From: Armatimonadota bacterium
Lineage (GTDB): Bacteria; Armatimonadota; Fimbriimonadia; Fimbriimonadales; Fimbriimonadaceae
NCBI GenBank assembly: GCA_031400935.1
Contig: JANNQV010000022.1
Location: forward strand, 1 to 64,000
Length of the DNA stretch: 64,000 bases
Direction: 5' to 3'
Shown here: piece by piece, positions 30,345 through 40,452 of the stretch
How the letters are laid out: each line of letters begins with the position of its first letter
Numbering within the stretch: position 1 is the stretch's first letter
The notes under the pieces: model-generated
Told to the model about the DNA's origin: nothing
The model's input: the letters and a program-made list of their open reading frames with translations, nothing else
Database searches by the model: none
Translations under genes and position numbers: made by a program

Positions 30345-31103
30345 ATGAGCATTTCACTATTGATTTTTGCAATTGCTTCATCAGGACCACAAGGCGAATT
30401 AAAAAACTACGAAATCGAAGGCTTAGACCGCACAGCGATTGTTTTTGCGCCGACCGTAACGACAAAGCATCCGCCACTTGTTTTTGGATTTCACGGACAT
30501 GGAGGTAATGGTCGCCAAGCCTCTCGCTCTTTCCGAATTCATGAATTTTGGCCGGAAGCTGTTGTCGTTTATATGAACGGCATTCCAACGATCACCGGGA
30601 ACGACCGTCTCGGACAAAGGCCTGGTTGGCAGGTTGCTGAAGGATTGTTTCAAAACCGTGACTTGAAGTTCTTTGATTCTGTTTACAAAGATGTTACGAA
30701 AGAGTTTTCTGTCGACAAGAAAGGCGTGTTCACCATGGGACACTCGAACGGTGGCCGATTCACTCAACTACTTTGGGCTGAAAGAAACAACTTATTTGCA
30801 GCGTATGGGCCAAGTGGATCCCACACTGGGAGGCTCAAATTGAGTCCAAAACCTATGTTCCATGTTTTGGGAGAAAAGGACCCGCTAGTTGATCCGGTGA
30901 AGCAGCGAGAATCCATTGAATCAATCAAAACGCTGAACGGCTGCGAGGGCTCTGGAAAGTCACTAGCTGAATACACAACCCAATTCAGTGGCAAAAATGG
31001 CAACGATGTCGTAGCATTCATTCATCCGGGAGGGCATGAATATCCCCGTGCCGTTCCTGCCCTGATGGTGAGTTTCTTTAAGAGTGTTATGTCGTCAAAG
31101 TAG
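30345..31103 (+). CDS. Alpha/beta hydrolase esterase (PHB depolymerase/LpqC-like)
   Basis: FHGHGG, GHSNGG, GEKDPLV, GGH. Confidence 0.85.
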   Translation: MSISLLIFAIASSGPQGELKNYEIEGLDRTAIVFAPTVTTKHPPLVFGFHGHGGNGRQASRSFRIHEFWPEAVVVYMNGIPTITGNDRLGQRPGWQVAEGLFQNRDLKFFDSVYKDVTKEFSVDKKGVFTMGHSNGGRFTQLLWAERNNLFAAYGPSGSHTGRLKLSPKPMFHVLGEKDPLVDPVKQRESIESIKTLNGCEGSGKSLAEYTTQFSGKNGNDVVAFIHPGGHEYPRAVPALMVSFFKSVMSSK

Positions 31104-31145
31104 CCAATTGGAACCTAAATTCACTTTGTGAAGTAAAATGTACTT

Positions 31146-32054
31146 ATGAGTACCGGTAACAATGGCGTTCCGAATATTTCCAAGTCTTGGCGCGAGAAAG
31201 TCGGCCTGGCAGAAATGCTGAAGGGCGGCGTCATTATGGACGTCACCAACGATGAGCAAGCCCGCATCGCCGAAGATGCAGGTGCGGTTGCAGTTATGGC
31301 ATTGGAGCGGGTACCGGCAGACATTAGAAGAGACGGCGGCGTTTCTCGCATGAGCGATCCTGAAATGATCCTCAAAATCAAAGCGACCGTCTCGATTCCG
31401 GTAATGGCGAAGTGCCGAATCGGGCACTTTGTCGAAGCTCAGATTTTGGAAGCTCTTGAAGTTGATTTCATTGATGAAAGCGAAGTCTTGACTCCGGCTG
31501 ACGAAGAAAACCACGTGGACAAGCACCCGTTCACGGTTCCTTTTGTTTGCGGAGCCAGAAACCTTGGCGAAGCTTTGAGAAGATGCGGCGAAGGTGCCGC
31601 GATGATCCGAACCAAAGGCGAAGCAGGGACAGGGGACGTCGTCGAGGCAGTTCGCCACATGCGGGCGATCATGTCCCAAATTCGGAAAGTGCATTCTTCC
31701 AGAGAAGATGAGCTATTTGTAATTGCCAAAGAGCTGCAAGCACCACTCGAAATGGTTCGAATTGTGAAGGAAACGGGCCGAATGCCAGTTCCTAATTTCT
31801 CTGCTGGCGGGATTGCGACACCCGCCGATGCTGCATTGATGATGCAATTGGGCGCGGAAACCTGCTTCGTGGGTTCTGGAATCTTCAAGTCTGGCGATCC
31901 GGCTCGAAGGGCGCAAGCCATCGTTGAGTCTGTTCTCTTTTATAAGGATGCAAAGAAGCTTGCGGAAATTTCACGTAATTTGGGAGAACCAATGGTGGGA
32001 ATCAGTGTTTCCTCTATTGCAGAAAACGAACTTCTCGCAACTCGGGGTTGGTAA
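31146..32054 (+). CDS. pdxS: Pyridoxal 5'-phosphate synthase lyase subunit
   Basis: [46 protein letters not shown]. Confidence 0.98.
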   Translation: MSTGNNGVPNISKSWREKVGLAEMLKGGVIMDVTNDEQARIAEDAGAVAVMALERVPADIRRDGGVSRMSDPEMILKIKATVSIPVMAKCRIGHFVEAQILEALEVDFIDESEVLTPADEENHVDKHPFTVPFVCGARNLGEALRRCGEGAAMIRTKGEAGTGDVVEAVRHMRAIMSQIRKVHSSREDELFVIAKELQAPLEMVRIVKETGRMPVPNFSAGGIATPADAALMMQLGAETCFVGSGIFKSGDPARRAQAIVESVLFYKDAKKLAEISRNLGEPMVGISVSSIAENELLATRGW

Positions 32055-32098
32055 CTGTCATAACCGCAAGGATGCCGTCAGAGAATCGCGTTTTGAGA

Positions 32099-33607
32099 CT
32101 AGTTGACTCGAACTACCTTACGCCTTGGTTGCCTCGGTAAACCAGTGTCATTTGAAACATTACTGCCTGATTCGCGTTGTCGAATCGCTCGCGTCCTAGG
32201 CGAATACCGTTCCCAACTTGGATAGCAAGAAATGATGCGATCACGGCCCCTTTCTAATGAATTGGACTCCCAACCGTAGAGGCCATCGGAGGGCTTGCCA
32301 CTTGATTCGGTGCAATAGACACGAAAGCCGGTCGTTGTTTTTAAATATTTTAATGGAGTGTCGTCAATTGGATCCATTCTGGTAATCCCTGCTTCAGAAA
32401 GAGCTTCGGGGAACTTGCCCAATTTAGTCTTGTAAAGGAGCAAATCCAAAGTTGCTTGAACGCATACACGGCGAGCTTTCGAACCCACGAACGGTCTATC
32501 GGCAAGTTCAAAACTAGGAAACAAATATGAGGGAAGGAAATCACATAGACTCTTGGAGTTCATCATTCGCTGGCTCGATTTTGCCAAAGCTAACCGAGCA
32601 TTTGAATCGAATTTGACATCGTTTCCTATTAGATCCAGCGCGTCATTCCATTCTTTTAGCAATCTTGACGCATAAGCCTTTTCACATATTTCCGTTTCAA
32701 ACGGAAGCGGGAAAAGGCGGAACTGCGATTCGCGGCCAATGAATCCATTATGGCCGTTAGATTTGCTCAGTTTGGCTACGTCATTGTCGTACTCAACTCG
32801 GAGATTTCGGCACATTGTATATCCGCTAATTGCTTCTGCCCTGAGAAACGGCCTTACACCTGTTGATTTGGGCAACGCTTGAAGAAATGCATTTAACTTT
32901 TGAAGTGTTGCAACGTCGTCTGCCGCCAAAGTGGATGCTGCCTCGATTCCCAGCAGAATCTGGTTGTCCACATACATGCCATACCATCCGGCAAAGAGAT
33001 GGGATTCCGCAATCATGTGGGATTCCATTTTTGCAACAGCTTCTAGCTGCAAGAAAAAGCGGTCCCAATTTCCCTTTTGTGCTTCTGCCAAAGATGACGC
33101 GACGATGATGCGACTTATCGCTCTCATTTCTCCCAATGGACTCAAATCTAAGTTATGCCGATCACTCCAATCTCGGTCAAAATCGCAATGGGGTAGTTTC
33201 AAAGCTTGAACAGCCAGCTCGATAGGCACGCTATATCGCTCAAGATAATTTTCGACTGTCGAAACGTCTTCGGAGCTTAGTGCCTCAGCGGCACGAAGTA
33301 TTTCTGCTTCGAATGGTTGAGATCTTCGCTCCTCGACTCTATTTATCGCTGTAGCAAGTTTCCGGTAAATCGGTGCAGCGTTTTCCTCGGGTTTGACAGG
33401 CGGCATCGGCCTCATGTCTTCCGGCGTTAAGGCAAGCCCGTGATTCTTCGCCCTGCGAATCTGGTTGTCCAAGTCAGATGCCGCCGATACGAAGTCGTAT
33501 CGCACGTAGCCATAAGCGGAAAGCACCGCTATCAAAAAGACGTACGAAACCCACCTGGCCAGCTTCCAGATGAGCTTTCGATCAGGCATTGGGCGTTTCG
33601 GCACCAT
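32099..33607 (-). CDS. Membrane-anchored helical protein with GspG/pseudopilin-like C-terminus (paralog A)
   Basis: N-terminal TM; ENAAPIYR; LLYK..LGKFPEALSE..DP..PLKY..GFRVY. Confidence 0.6.
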   Translation of the reverse strand: MVPKRPMPDRKLIWKLARWVSYVFLIAVLSAYGYVRYDFVSAASDLDNQIRRAKNHGLALTPEDMRPMPPVKPEENAAPIYRKLATAINRVEERRSQPFEAEILRAAEALSSEDVSTVENYLERYSVPIELAVQALKLPHCDFDRDWSDRHNLDLSPLGEMRAISRIIVASSLAEAQKGNWDRFFLQLEAVAKMESHMIAESHLFAGWYGMYVDNQILLGIEAASTLAADDVATLQKLNAFLQALPKSTGVRPFLRAEAISGYTMCRNLRVEYDNDVAKLSKSNGHNGFIGRESQFRLFPLPFETEICEKAYASRLLKEWNDALDLIGNDVKFDSNARLALAKSSQRMMNSKSLCDFLPSYLFPSFELADRPFVGSKARRVCVQATLDLLLYKTKLGKFPEALSEAGITRMDPIDDTPLKYLKTTTGFRVYCTESSGKPSDGLYGWESNSLERGRDRIISCYPSWERYSPRTRAIRQRESGSNVSNDTGLPRQPRRKVVRVN

Positions 33608-33662
33608 GATTATTTATAGTGACACTGATCGCAGCTCTTGAACACAAAGTTGGTCGCTATTT

Positions 33663-34781
33663 CTAGTAATTCAGTTGGACTGACTGGCTCGTTGTTAGGC
33701 TCTCGACTACTGCATCCATGATTCCAAGCGTCGCCAAACCCTCCTCCAAATCAGGCGAATTAGGTTCTCCGCTCAACAATTTCGAAGCGAAGTAGTCGGC
33801 ATAATTGCAGAACTCGCCGTAATGCATTCCCTTGAGTTCATGTCGGTAGTAATAGCCTGCCATCGCGTGTTCGTAGTTCTCCTCGATTTCAATTCCTCTC
33901 TCATCGTGATACGAGAATTTCAGTTCTGGATACCTGGCGACCGACGATCCTTTTGAGCCCATCAGCCAGCATTCGATGATCGAGCGAGCTTGCGGCAGTT
34001 CGTGAACTCCATAATTGCCAAGGATTCGGGCAAGGTTCCCAGATTCGCTTCGAAGGTTGACTAGAATCGCATCCGGACTGGACATGCCATACGCCGTACC
34101 CAAGCTTGTGGTGCTCCCCATGGCCTGCACTTCAACGATTCGTCCCAAATACCAAGTCGCCAAGTCAATCGGATGACTGAGCCCCAGGTACGCCCAATGC
34201 GTGCCCTCGATGCTCCATGGCGACTTTTCATACCACCAGTCCATTCTGTGGTTGTAATGTGCGTCCAAGACCTCGATTTCTCCGAATGCTCCTGCTTCAT
34301 ATAGCTCTCTTTGTCGTTGAAACGGTTCATAAAACCTTGTGGATTGCCCGACTTGCAGCCTCATTCCTGATTCTTTCGCCGCTTTTCGAATTCTCTCGCC
34401 ATCGTCCAAATTGTTCAAAATTGGTTTCGTGCAGATAACGTGTTTGCCAGCCCGGAATGCTGCTTCGATATGCTCCGCATGGAATGGATCAGGAGTATAA
34501 ATTGCGACGATCTGTACATTCGGGTCGGCGAGCATTTCAGCGTAATCCTCATAGAGCTGAATTCCAGGAGCAGCGATCTGAGCATTTAACCGCTTTTCGG
34601 CTGACAGGTCGCATCCTGCAACGGCCTTGCAGAGTCCGCTGGCTCGCAATGCAACCAACAATGTACGACCTTCGTGCAGGCCAAGAATTCCGATTCCGAA
34701 TCGTTCAGATTCGGCAAGTTCTCCGTAGGATCTGCGTTCTCCGATGACGGGCTTTCCGGTCGGTAGGAAGTCGGGGTGCAT
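33663..34781 (-). CDS. Gfo/Idh/MocA-family oxidoreductase
   Basis: IGILGL..G, YTPDPFH, AGKHVICTKP, HPID. Confidence 0.88.
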   Translation of the reverse strand: MHPDFLPTGKPVIGERRSYGELAESERFGIGILGLHEGRTLLVALRASGLCKAVAGCDLSAEKRLNAQIAAPGIQLYEDYAEMLADPNVQIVAIYTPDPFHAEHIEAAFRAGKHVICTKPILNNLDDGERIRKAAKESGMRLQVGQSTRFYEPFQRQRELYEAGAFGEIEVLDAHYNHRMDWWYEKSPWSIEGTHWAYLGLSHPIDLATWYLGRIVEVQAMGSTTSLGTAYGMSSPDAILVNLRSESGNLARILGNYGVHELPQARSIIECWLMGSKGSSVARYPELKFSYHDERGIEIEENYEHAMAGYYYRHELKGMHYGEFCNYADYFASKLLSGEPNSPDLEEGLATLGIMDAVVESLTTSQSVQLNY

Positions 34782-34877
34782 TGTCAGAGCCTACCGCAGG
34801 GGGAAGCGTTGGAGATTCAAGTTGCAACAGTTAACGCGTCTGGGTGAGATTCCTTGGTTTGCGACTGTGTTAGGCTT

Positions 34878-34962
34878 GCCCGGACTGGACGTCCGGGCAC
34901 CAAAATGCGGAGCCGAATATAAAGAAACGGCTTATCGCGCAAAATAGAAGGTCTGCGCTCCA
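34878..34962. repeat. Two degenerate REP-like hairpins
   Basis: GCCCGGAC-TGGAC-GTCCGGGC ACCA (34878-34902) and GCGCA..TGCGCTCCA (34937-34962). Confidence 0.4.
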
Positions 34963-34998
34963 TCTCGTCATTGACAATTGAGCGAAAATCTCTTCAAA

Positions 34999-36582
34999 TT
35001 ACTTTCGAATTGGAGCACTTGAATTTGTTGAGGTTTTGTCCACTTCACCCAAAAACTCCGTTACGGCTCTTGATGGTCCGGAGTTACCCTTTGGGTCGCT
35101 TCTCTCCCAGGATGGAAAGCATACAATCGGTTGGTCGTCGGACTTCGTTTCGCCGAAGCCCTCATATTGGAACCGCCCGCCGTCATCCTTTCCATTCAGG
35201 CCCAAATCATAAATCCGAAATCCATGGTCGGTCAGCCGGTAGTTAAGGATAGTCTTGCCATACGGCTCGACATTGGCAATGGAAGCCTCTTTGAGCGATT
35301 TTGGAAAAGCGCCATTACGTTGCCGATATTGAAGCAATTCAATATAGGCCTTAGTGCTTTGGCGGTAAAAACTGCGTTTGACGAATGACTTGCCAAAGTT
35401 GGCAAAGACCGGGAAGATGATCCTATTCAATTGATCGCTCGGGATGTTTGACCGATCCATATTCATCAATGACTTGTCTAGATACGAAGCAAAATTCAGC
35501 TTTCTATCAGGGTCGTTCTTCGAGCGTTCAAATGCAGAGTTCCACATTTTCAGGCACTTCGCGGCATAAGCCCGCTCGCAGAGTTCAGATTCAATTAGAG
35601 GTGGGAGCAGCATTATTGTGGGGCTCCCGAAAGGCGCTGAATCGGAAAAAAAACGTAAATCCGAAAAGGGGTCGGATTGCGGGTCATTTTTGATCTGATC
35701 GCTTGCTGACTTTAGTTTCAGACTGCAGGCATATCCAAAGTAGGCTTCGGTTTTGAGGAACATAAATGGGTCCGGAATTTCTGACTGGTTATTTAGAACA
35801 AGTTCCAACTTCTCAAGCGCAGGTGGGTCATCCGCTAGGAAAGAAGCGATTTCTTGAACTGCCCTCAAGGTCCGTGCTTCGATTGCGATCGCTACGAGCG
35901 CCGAAATGAGTGTTTTCTCTTCTTCAATATGTTGCGGGAAAACTAGTGCCGCCTCAATGTCCTTCAATGCGCCTTCAACGTTACCCGTTCTAGCCCTGAC
36001 AGTTGCCCGGGCACACAAAAGGCTAGCTCCTTGCTTGATGTTCGCCAATTCGGGAAACATCATAGTCCACGGGTTTGACCAGTCTCGCCCAAAGTCGCAT
36101 CGCTGCCTATTTGAGGCTTGCTGAGCCAGCTCAATTGCCTCTGAGTACCTTGCGAGACATAACGAAGCGGCTCGCAAGCTAAGCAGGTTCGGCTCGGAAG
36201 CCGCATAGACAACTCTCATTGGATCGCCGATATGCTTTAGCTTTGGAACTTCTTCCATCGCCGCAATCATTCTTCGGTAAATCGGCGCAGCGTTTTCTTC
36301 TGGTTTGACTGGAGGTTGCGGCTTCAATTCCTCGGCGTTGAGCGCAATACCGTTTTCCTTTGCCAGCATTTCTTGGTATTCAAGATCGTCGGCAGCTGTT
36401 AGGTAGTCATATCTTACATAGGCATAGCCCGCAACGATTGCCACTCCAAGGAAGCCGAGTCCCCATTTGGAGATTTTCCAGAGTCGTTTTCTAAACCGTT
36501 TCCAAAACGAAGGTTTGCGGATCATTTGTTGCCCTCTATGTATCTTGACTGAAGGAAGTGAGTATTTCGTGCGAGGAATCAT
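34999..36582 (-). CDS. Membrane-anchored helical protein with GspG/pseudopilin-like C-terminus (paralog B)
   Basis: YAYVRYD..PPVKPEENAAPIYR; YRQRNGAFPKSLKE..GFRIYDLGLNGKDDGG. Confidence 0.6.
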   Translation of the reverse strand: MIPRTKYSLPSVKIHRGQQMIRKPSFWKRFRKRLWKISKWGLGFLGVAIVAGYAYVRYDYLTAADDLEYQEMLAKENGIALNAEELKPQPPVKPEENAAPIYRRMIAAMEEVPKLKHIGDPMRVVYAASEPNLLSLRAASLCLARYSEAIELAQQASNRQRCDFGRDWSNPWTMMFPELANIKQGASLLCARATVRARTGNVEGALKDIEAALVFPQHIEEEKTLISALVAIAIEARTLRAVQEIASFLADDPPALEKLELVLNNQSEIPDPFMFLKTEAYFGYACSLKLKSASDQIKNDPQSDPFSDLRFFSDSAPFGSPTIMLLPPLIESELCERAYAAKCLKMWNSAFERSKNDPDRKLNFASYLDKSLMNMDRSNIPSDQLNRIIFPVFANFGKSFVKRSFYRQSTKAYIELLQYRQRNGAFPKSLKEASIANVEPYGKTILNYRLTDHGFRIYDLGLNGKDDGGRFQYEGFGETKSDDQPIVCFPSWERSDPKGNSGPSRAVTEFLGEVDKTSTNSSAPIRK

Positions 36583-36608
36583 GAAGCATTGAACAAAATC
36601 GCTTAGTT

Positions 36609-37160
36609 CTACTCAGAGACATTGCCTCCCCACCACTTAAACGGCTGGCTTCCGTACATGGCGCGAAGAGAAAGATATCCAAAGAACAGCGCAACAATGC
36701 ATCCGATTGATTTGATTGGCATTTCGTAATTGATCACCTGCTGCCATCTGGGTTCTTCCGTAGAAATCTCATTTGAAACTTGCCTGGCAAACCATTGCCC
36801 GATTCCAAGCAAAACTGTGGGAAGCTGCGTCAAAAGCACATAAATGGAAGCCACCAAGGCGATGCCCCACGGGAGGAACTTAGAATCGTTGGACAAATCG
36901 GTTTCCGGTTCGGAAACTGCGATCATTCGAGTAATCCAGGTCGTTTTGAAGAATAGAATGAGACCCGAAACTAACGTGAAGAGTACTGCAAACATCTGGC
37001 TGGAAGACATTGAAAAGAGCATTTCCTGCATGGTAGACCCTTTTGTGTCCATTTGATTCCTCCAGAATGTGATCATCCAAGGCAATGAGCCGAGCCCTTC
37101 AATGATCAGATACATCCCCAAAATCTTGCATCCCACAAAGATCATTTGTCTTGTTGACAT
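36609..37160 (-). CDS. Hypothetical membrane protein (about 4 TM)
   Basis: Four hydrophobic segments; start uncertain (37160/37178). Confidence 0.6.
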   Translation of the reverse strand: MSTRQMIFVGCKILGMYLIIEGLGSLPWMITFWRNQMDTKGSTMQEMLFSMSSSQMFAVLFTLVSGLILFFKTTWITRMIAVSEPETDLSNDSKFLPWGIALVASIYVLLTQLPTVLLGIGQWFARQVSNEISTEEPRWQQVINYEMPIKSIGCIVALFFGYLSLRAMYGSQPFKWWGGNVSE

Positions 37161-37221
37161 ATCTCTTGATTCGATCAAGAACTGAAATGTCCTCTAGCGA
37201 GATTCGGATAACATTGAATTC

Positions 37222-37713
37222 ATGCACCGACTTGCCATCTATCCCGGAACGTTTGATCCGCCAACATTGGGGCATCTGGATGTCATCGAACGGGCATCGA
37301 AGCTCTTTGACACAATCATTGTCGCAGTTGGAATCAATTCTTCAAAGCGGCCGTTGCTCAGCACGGACGAGCGGCTAGGCGCAGTCCGTGCCTGCACAAC
37401 CCACCTTTCAAATGTAACAGCTGAAGCATTTGATGGGTTGCTTGTGGATTACGTTCGATCAAAGGGAGCCAAATCCATCGTTAGAGGCTTGAGGGCAACA
37501 GCAGATTTTGAATACGAGTTCCAAATGGCACTTGTAAACCGTAGGCTCGATGAAAACATTGACACGGTCTTCCTCATGACAAAATGGGAGCACAGCTTCC
37601 TCAGCAGTTCTATAGTTAGGGAAGTTGCCCTGCTAAATGGCAGATATGAAGAATTTGTCCACCCCGACGTTAGGCCGATAATTCAAGCAGCGCTATCTGT
37701 AAGAGAAGGATAG
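37222..37713 (+). CDS. coaD: Phosphopantetheine adenylyltransferase
   Basis: AIYPGTFDPPTLGHLD, VRGLR..DFEYE, SSSIVRE. Confidence 0.97.
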   Translation: MHRLAIYPGTFDPPTLGHLDVIERASKLFDTIIVAVGINSSKRPLLSTDERLGAVRACTTHLSNVTAEAFDGLLVDYVRSKGAKSIVRGLRATADFEYEFQMALVNRRLDENIDTVFLMTKWEHSFLSSSIVREVALLNGRYEEFVHPDVRPIIQAALSVREG

Positions 37714-37723
37714 AGCGCGGCTT

Positions 37724-37755
37724 ATTTTGGATTTTGGATTTTCGGTTTTGGATTG
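37724..37755. repeat. Heptamer array (ATTTTGG)n
   Basis: ATTTTGG ATTTTGG ATTTTCG GTTTTGG between convergent coaD and recN. Confidence 0.7.
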
Positions 37756-37790
37756 GCGGAAGGCGCCGAGTGTCGAGAAGGCTGGATTGT

Positions 37791-39455
37791 TCACCGCCAG
37801 TTCAACAGTTCATGTGCATGGGCAGCGGCAGCGTCGGTAACTGTTTCGCCAGCAATCATTCGCGCTAACTCTTCAACCCGTGAATCGGCGTCGAGTGCCT
37901 GAATCTGGGTGAGCATCCTTTCGCCAACTGCTTCCTTGCGAATCGAATAATGCGTCGTCGCCCGACTGGCAATTTGAGGCAGGTGGCTGATAACAATCAC
38001 TTGAGAAAAGGTCGCTAGTTCGTCGAGAAGTTTCGCTACCATAGCTGCGGCCCTTCCGCCAAGGCCTACGTCAACTTCATCAAAAATGAGGGTCGGCACA
38101 CCAGCGTTGTTGGCAAGGACAGACTTAATGGCGAGCATCACCCTCGAAATTTCGCCCCCGGAGGCGATTTTCGTAAGTGGCTTCACCGGTTCGCCGGCAT
38201 TCGCGCTGAACAGGAATTCGAGAGAGTCTGCACCATCTTCAGATGGAGTTTTGGGTTGTATAGAGACTTCAAATTCAGCACGTTCCATTGCGAGGCCTTC
38301 CAAACGCGAAGCAATTTGCTTGCAAAATTCAACGCTGTGATCCTTCCGGAGATTAGTTAGATCATGACATTTGGTTTGAAGCTGATGAGCTAAGTTTTCT
38401 TCTCGTTTGATCAGCTCACCTTCGTCCGCATCGTTGTCGGCAAGTTCAATGAGCTCCTTATCTATTCGCTCAAGTTCGCTTAGGAGCACGCTCTCGTCAT
38501 CGCCATATTTCCGAAAGAGCTTGCGGTAGCCCTCAATTCGCTCTAAAACTTCCTCATGCCGCTTAGGATCAGACTCTACGGTTTCGCCATAAGCTCGAAG
38601 ATCGCGAAGCGACTCCTGTAGCCCGACAACTTGGTTTCGAATCGGTTCCAAAATTTCGTCGAGGCTAGGGTCGAGTTTGGCAGCGTCTTCGAGCCCACGA
38701 ACGGCTGAATTCACGATATCGAGTGCGCTTAATTCTTGATCAACAACAGAATCTAATGTCTGGCACACGGCTTGCGAAATCTGGTCGGAATTTCTGAGTC
38801 TGGCTTCGACGCCTTGTAGCTCGTTCAATTCTCCTGAAACAGGTTCGAAACTTCGAATCTCATTCGATTGAAATGTTAGGAGATCAATTCTATGTTCGCG
38901 CTCTCTTTGTCCTTGCCTCAAATTGTTGAGTTTCCGAGCAACGGCTTGATGCTGTTCCAAGATGGCGGAGACTTCGGTTTTCATCAACGTCGCATCGGAA
39001 CCAATCCAAGCATCCAAGAACTCGATATGAGATTCGGTGCGCAGCAAACTCTGGTGTTCGTGCTGTCCGTGCAAATCAACGAGCAATCTTCCGATAGCCT
39101 TGAGTTGGGAAAGTGGAGCTAATTTCCCACCAATCCGGCATTGCGATTTGCCTTCGGCAAATAGTTCGCGTTGAATGTAAATGGTGTGGTCTTCAATTGG
39201 TGCGCCAAGTTCAACTAGCTGCTCTTCGAGTTTAGGATTGGAAGAAAGATCAAAAGTTAGTGATACCTGGGCACGATTCGCGCCTGTTCGAACCAAATCG
39301 GTGTCTGCCCGAGCGCCTAAAGCAAGTTCTACTGCATCAATGAAGAGTGATTTGCCAGCACCTGTTTCGCCTGTCAAAGCTGTAAAGCCGGGACCCAAAT
39401 TCAGTTGCGCCCGTTCGATCAATGCGATATTTTCAACTGTTAGCTCGACGATCAC
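37791..39455 (-). CDS. recN: DNA repair protein RecN
   Basis: TGETGAGKS, HGQHEHQ, ASGGEISRVMLA, IFDEVDVG, SHLPQIA; GTG start 39455. Confidence 0.97.
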   Translation of the reverse strand: MIVELTVENIALIERAQLNLGPGFTALTGETGAGKSLFIDAVELALGARADTDLVRTGANRAQVSLTFDLSSNPKLEEQLVELGAPIEDHTIYIQRELFAEGKSQCRIGGKLAPLSQLKAIGRLLVDLHGQHEHQSLLRTESHIEFLDAWIGSDATLMKTEVSAILEQHQAVARKLNNLRQGQREREHRIDLLTFQSNEIRSFEPVSGELNELQGVEARLRNSDQISQAVCQTLDSVVDQELSALDIVNSAVRGLEDAAKLDPSLDEILEPIRNQVVGLQESLRDLRAYGETVESDPKRHEEVLERIEGYRKLFRKYGDDESVLLSELERIDKELIELADNDADEGELIKREENLAHQLQTKCHDLTNLRKDHSVEFCKQIASRLEGLAMERAEFEVSIQPKTPSEDGADSLEFLFSANAGEPVKPLTKIASGGEISRVMLAIKSVLANNAGVPTLIFDEVDVGLGGRAAAMVAKLLDELATFSQVIVISHLPQIASRATTHYSIRKEAVGERMLTQIQALDADSRVEELARMIAGETVTDAAAAHAHELLNWR

Positions 39456-39524
39456 TTTTCTATGATGACGCGAAATTGCCGTAAATTTTGTCAAGTTGTG
39501 CCAGGGTAGGCTTCGATTCAACAA

Positions 39525-40442
39525 ATGGGGGATTCAAAGCTACCAAACTTGGCTCAAAAGGCTGCGATTCTATCGCTTGCTGCTACAACCGTAGTTGTCG
39601 CTATCAAGCTCATCGCCGCCCTCAAGTCTGGTTCTGTCAGCGTGTTAAGCGAAGCCTTGCAATCCATCATGGATATTGCAATGTCTGGATTGGCGGTTTT
39701 CTCGGTTCGTTATGCCGCTCGCCCACCAGACCGAGATCATCCGTACGGGCACGGCAAAGCAGAATTGCTTTCAGCCGCGATTCAAATGGTTGTTATCGTT
39801 CTCACAAGCGGTTATATCGCGTATCGATCTTGGGAAAGGTTTTTAACCCCCGAACCAATTTTTTGGGATATCGGCGCAATAGCGATGGCGGCATCCATGG
39901 TTATCAATCTTGCTATGGCATCACATTTGCGGAAAGTTTCCCAGCAAACAGGTTCAACAAGTTTGGCTTCCGAAGCTCTGCACCTTCGGGGCGACACCGT
40001 TATGTCAGGCGGAGTTTTAATTGGGATGCTCCTTGTTGGCATCACTGGCATTTTGACGCTTGACCCAATTGCAGCGGCTCTATCGGCGTTGATTGGTATA
40101 TTTTCGGCGGTGCGGCAGCTTGGTCGGCTCATTCATCCCCTCATGGATGGCTCGCTTCCTGAGGAAGAGCTGACTAAACTCGAAGTCGTGCTTACCCATC
40201 ACCCTGAAGTGCGCGGTTATCACAACTTGCGAACCAGAGCCGTCGGTGCAAATCGTTTCATTGACCTTCACGTTATGCTCGATGATACGCTGACTTTCAT
40301 CACGGCTCATGAAACCGCCGAGCGAATTGAAGACGAATTGCGATTGGTGTTAGGTGGCGCAATAGTGAATATCCATTACGAGCCTTACGAAGTCGAAACA
40401 GAGCATCGCCGCAAACACCATTCGGATATGCCGATAGGTTAG
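39525..40442 (+). CDS. Cation diffusion facilitator (FieF-like)
   Basis: PPDRDHPYGHGKAE, HLRGD, HNLRTR..DLH..AH..IHYEP. Confidence 0.92.
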   Translation: MGDSKLPNLAQKAAILSLAATTVVVAIKLIAALKSGSVSVLSEALQSIMDIAMSGLAVFSVRYAARPPDRDHPYGHGKAELLSAAIQMVVIVLTSGYIAYRSWERFLTPEPIFWDIGAIAMAASMVINLAMASHLRKVSQQTGSTSLASEALHLRGDTVMSGGVLIGMLLVGITGILTLDPIAAALSALIGIFSAVRQLGRLIHPLMDGSLPEEELTKLEVVLTHHPEVRGYHNLRTRAVGANRFIDLHVMLDDTLTFITAHETAERIEDELRLVLGGAIVNIHYEPYEVETEHRRKHHSDMPIG

Positions 40443-40452
40443 AATCGGCAAG

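Noticed and set aside
31095..31694. 199-aa and 160-aa antisense ORFs over pdxS
   Set aside because: Shadow ORFs of a highly conserved gene with no motifs
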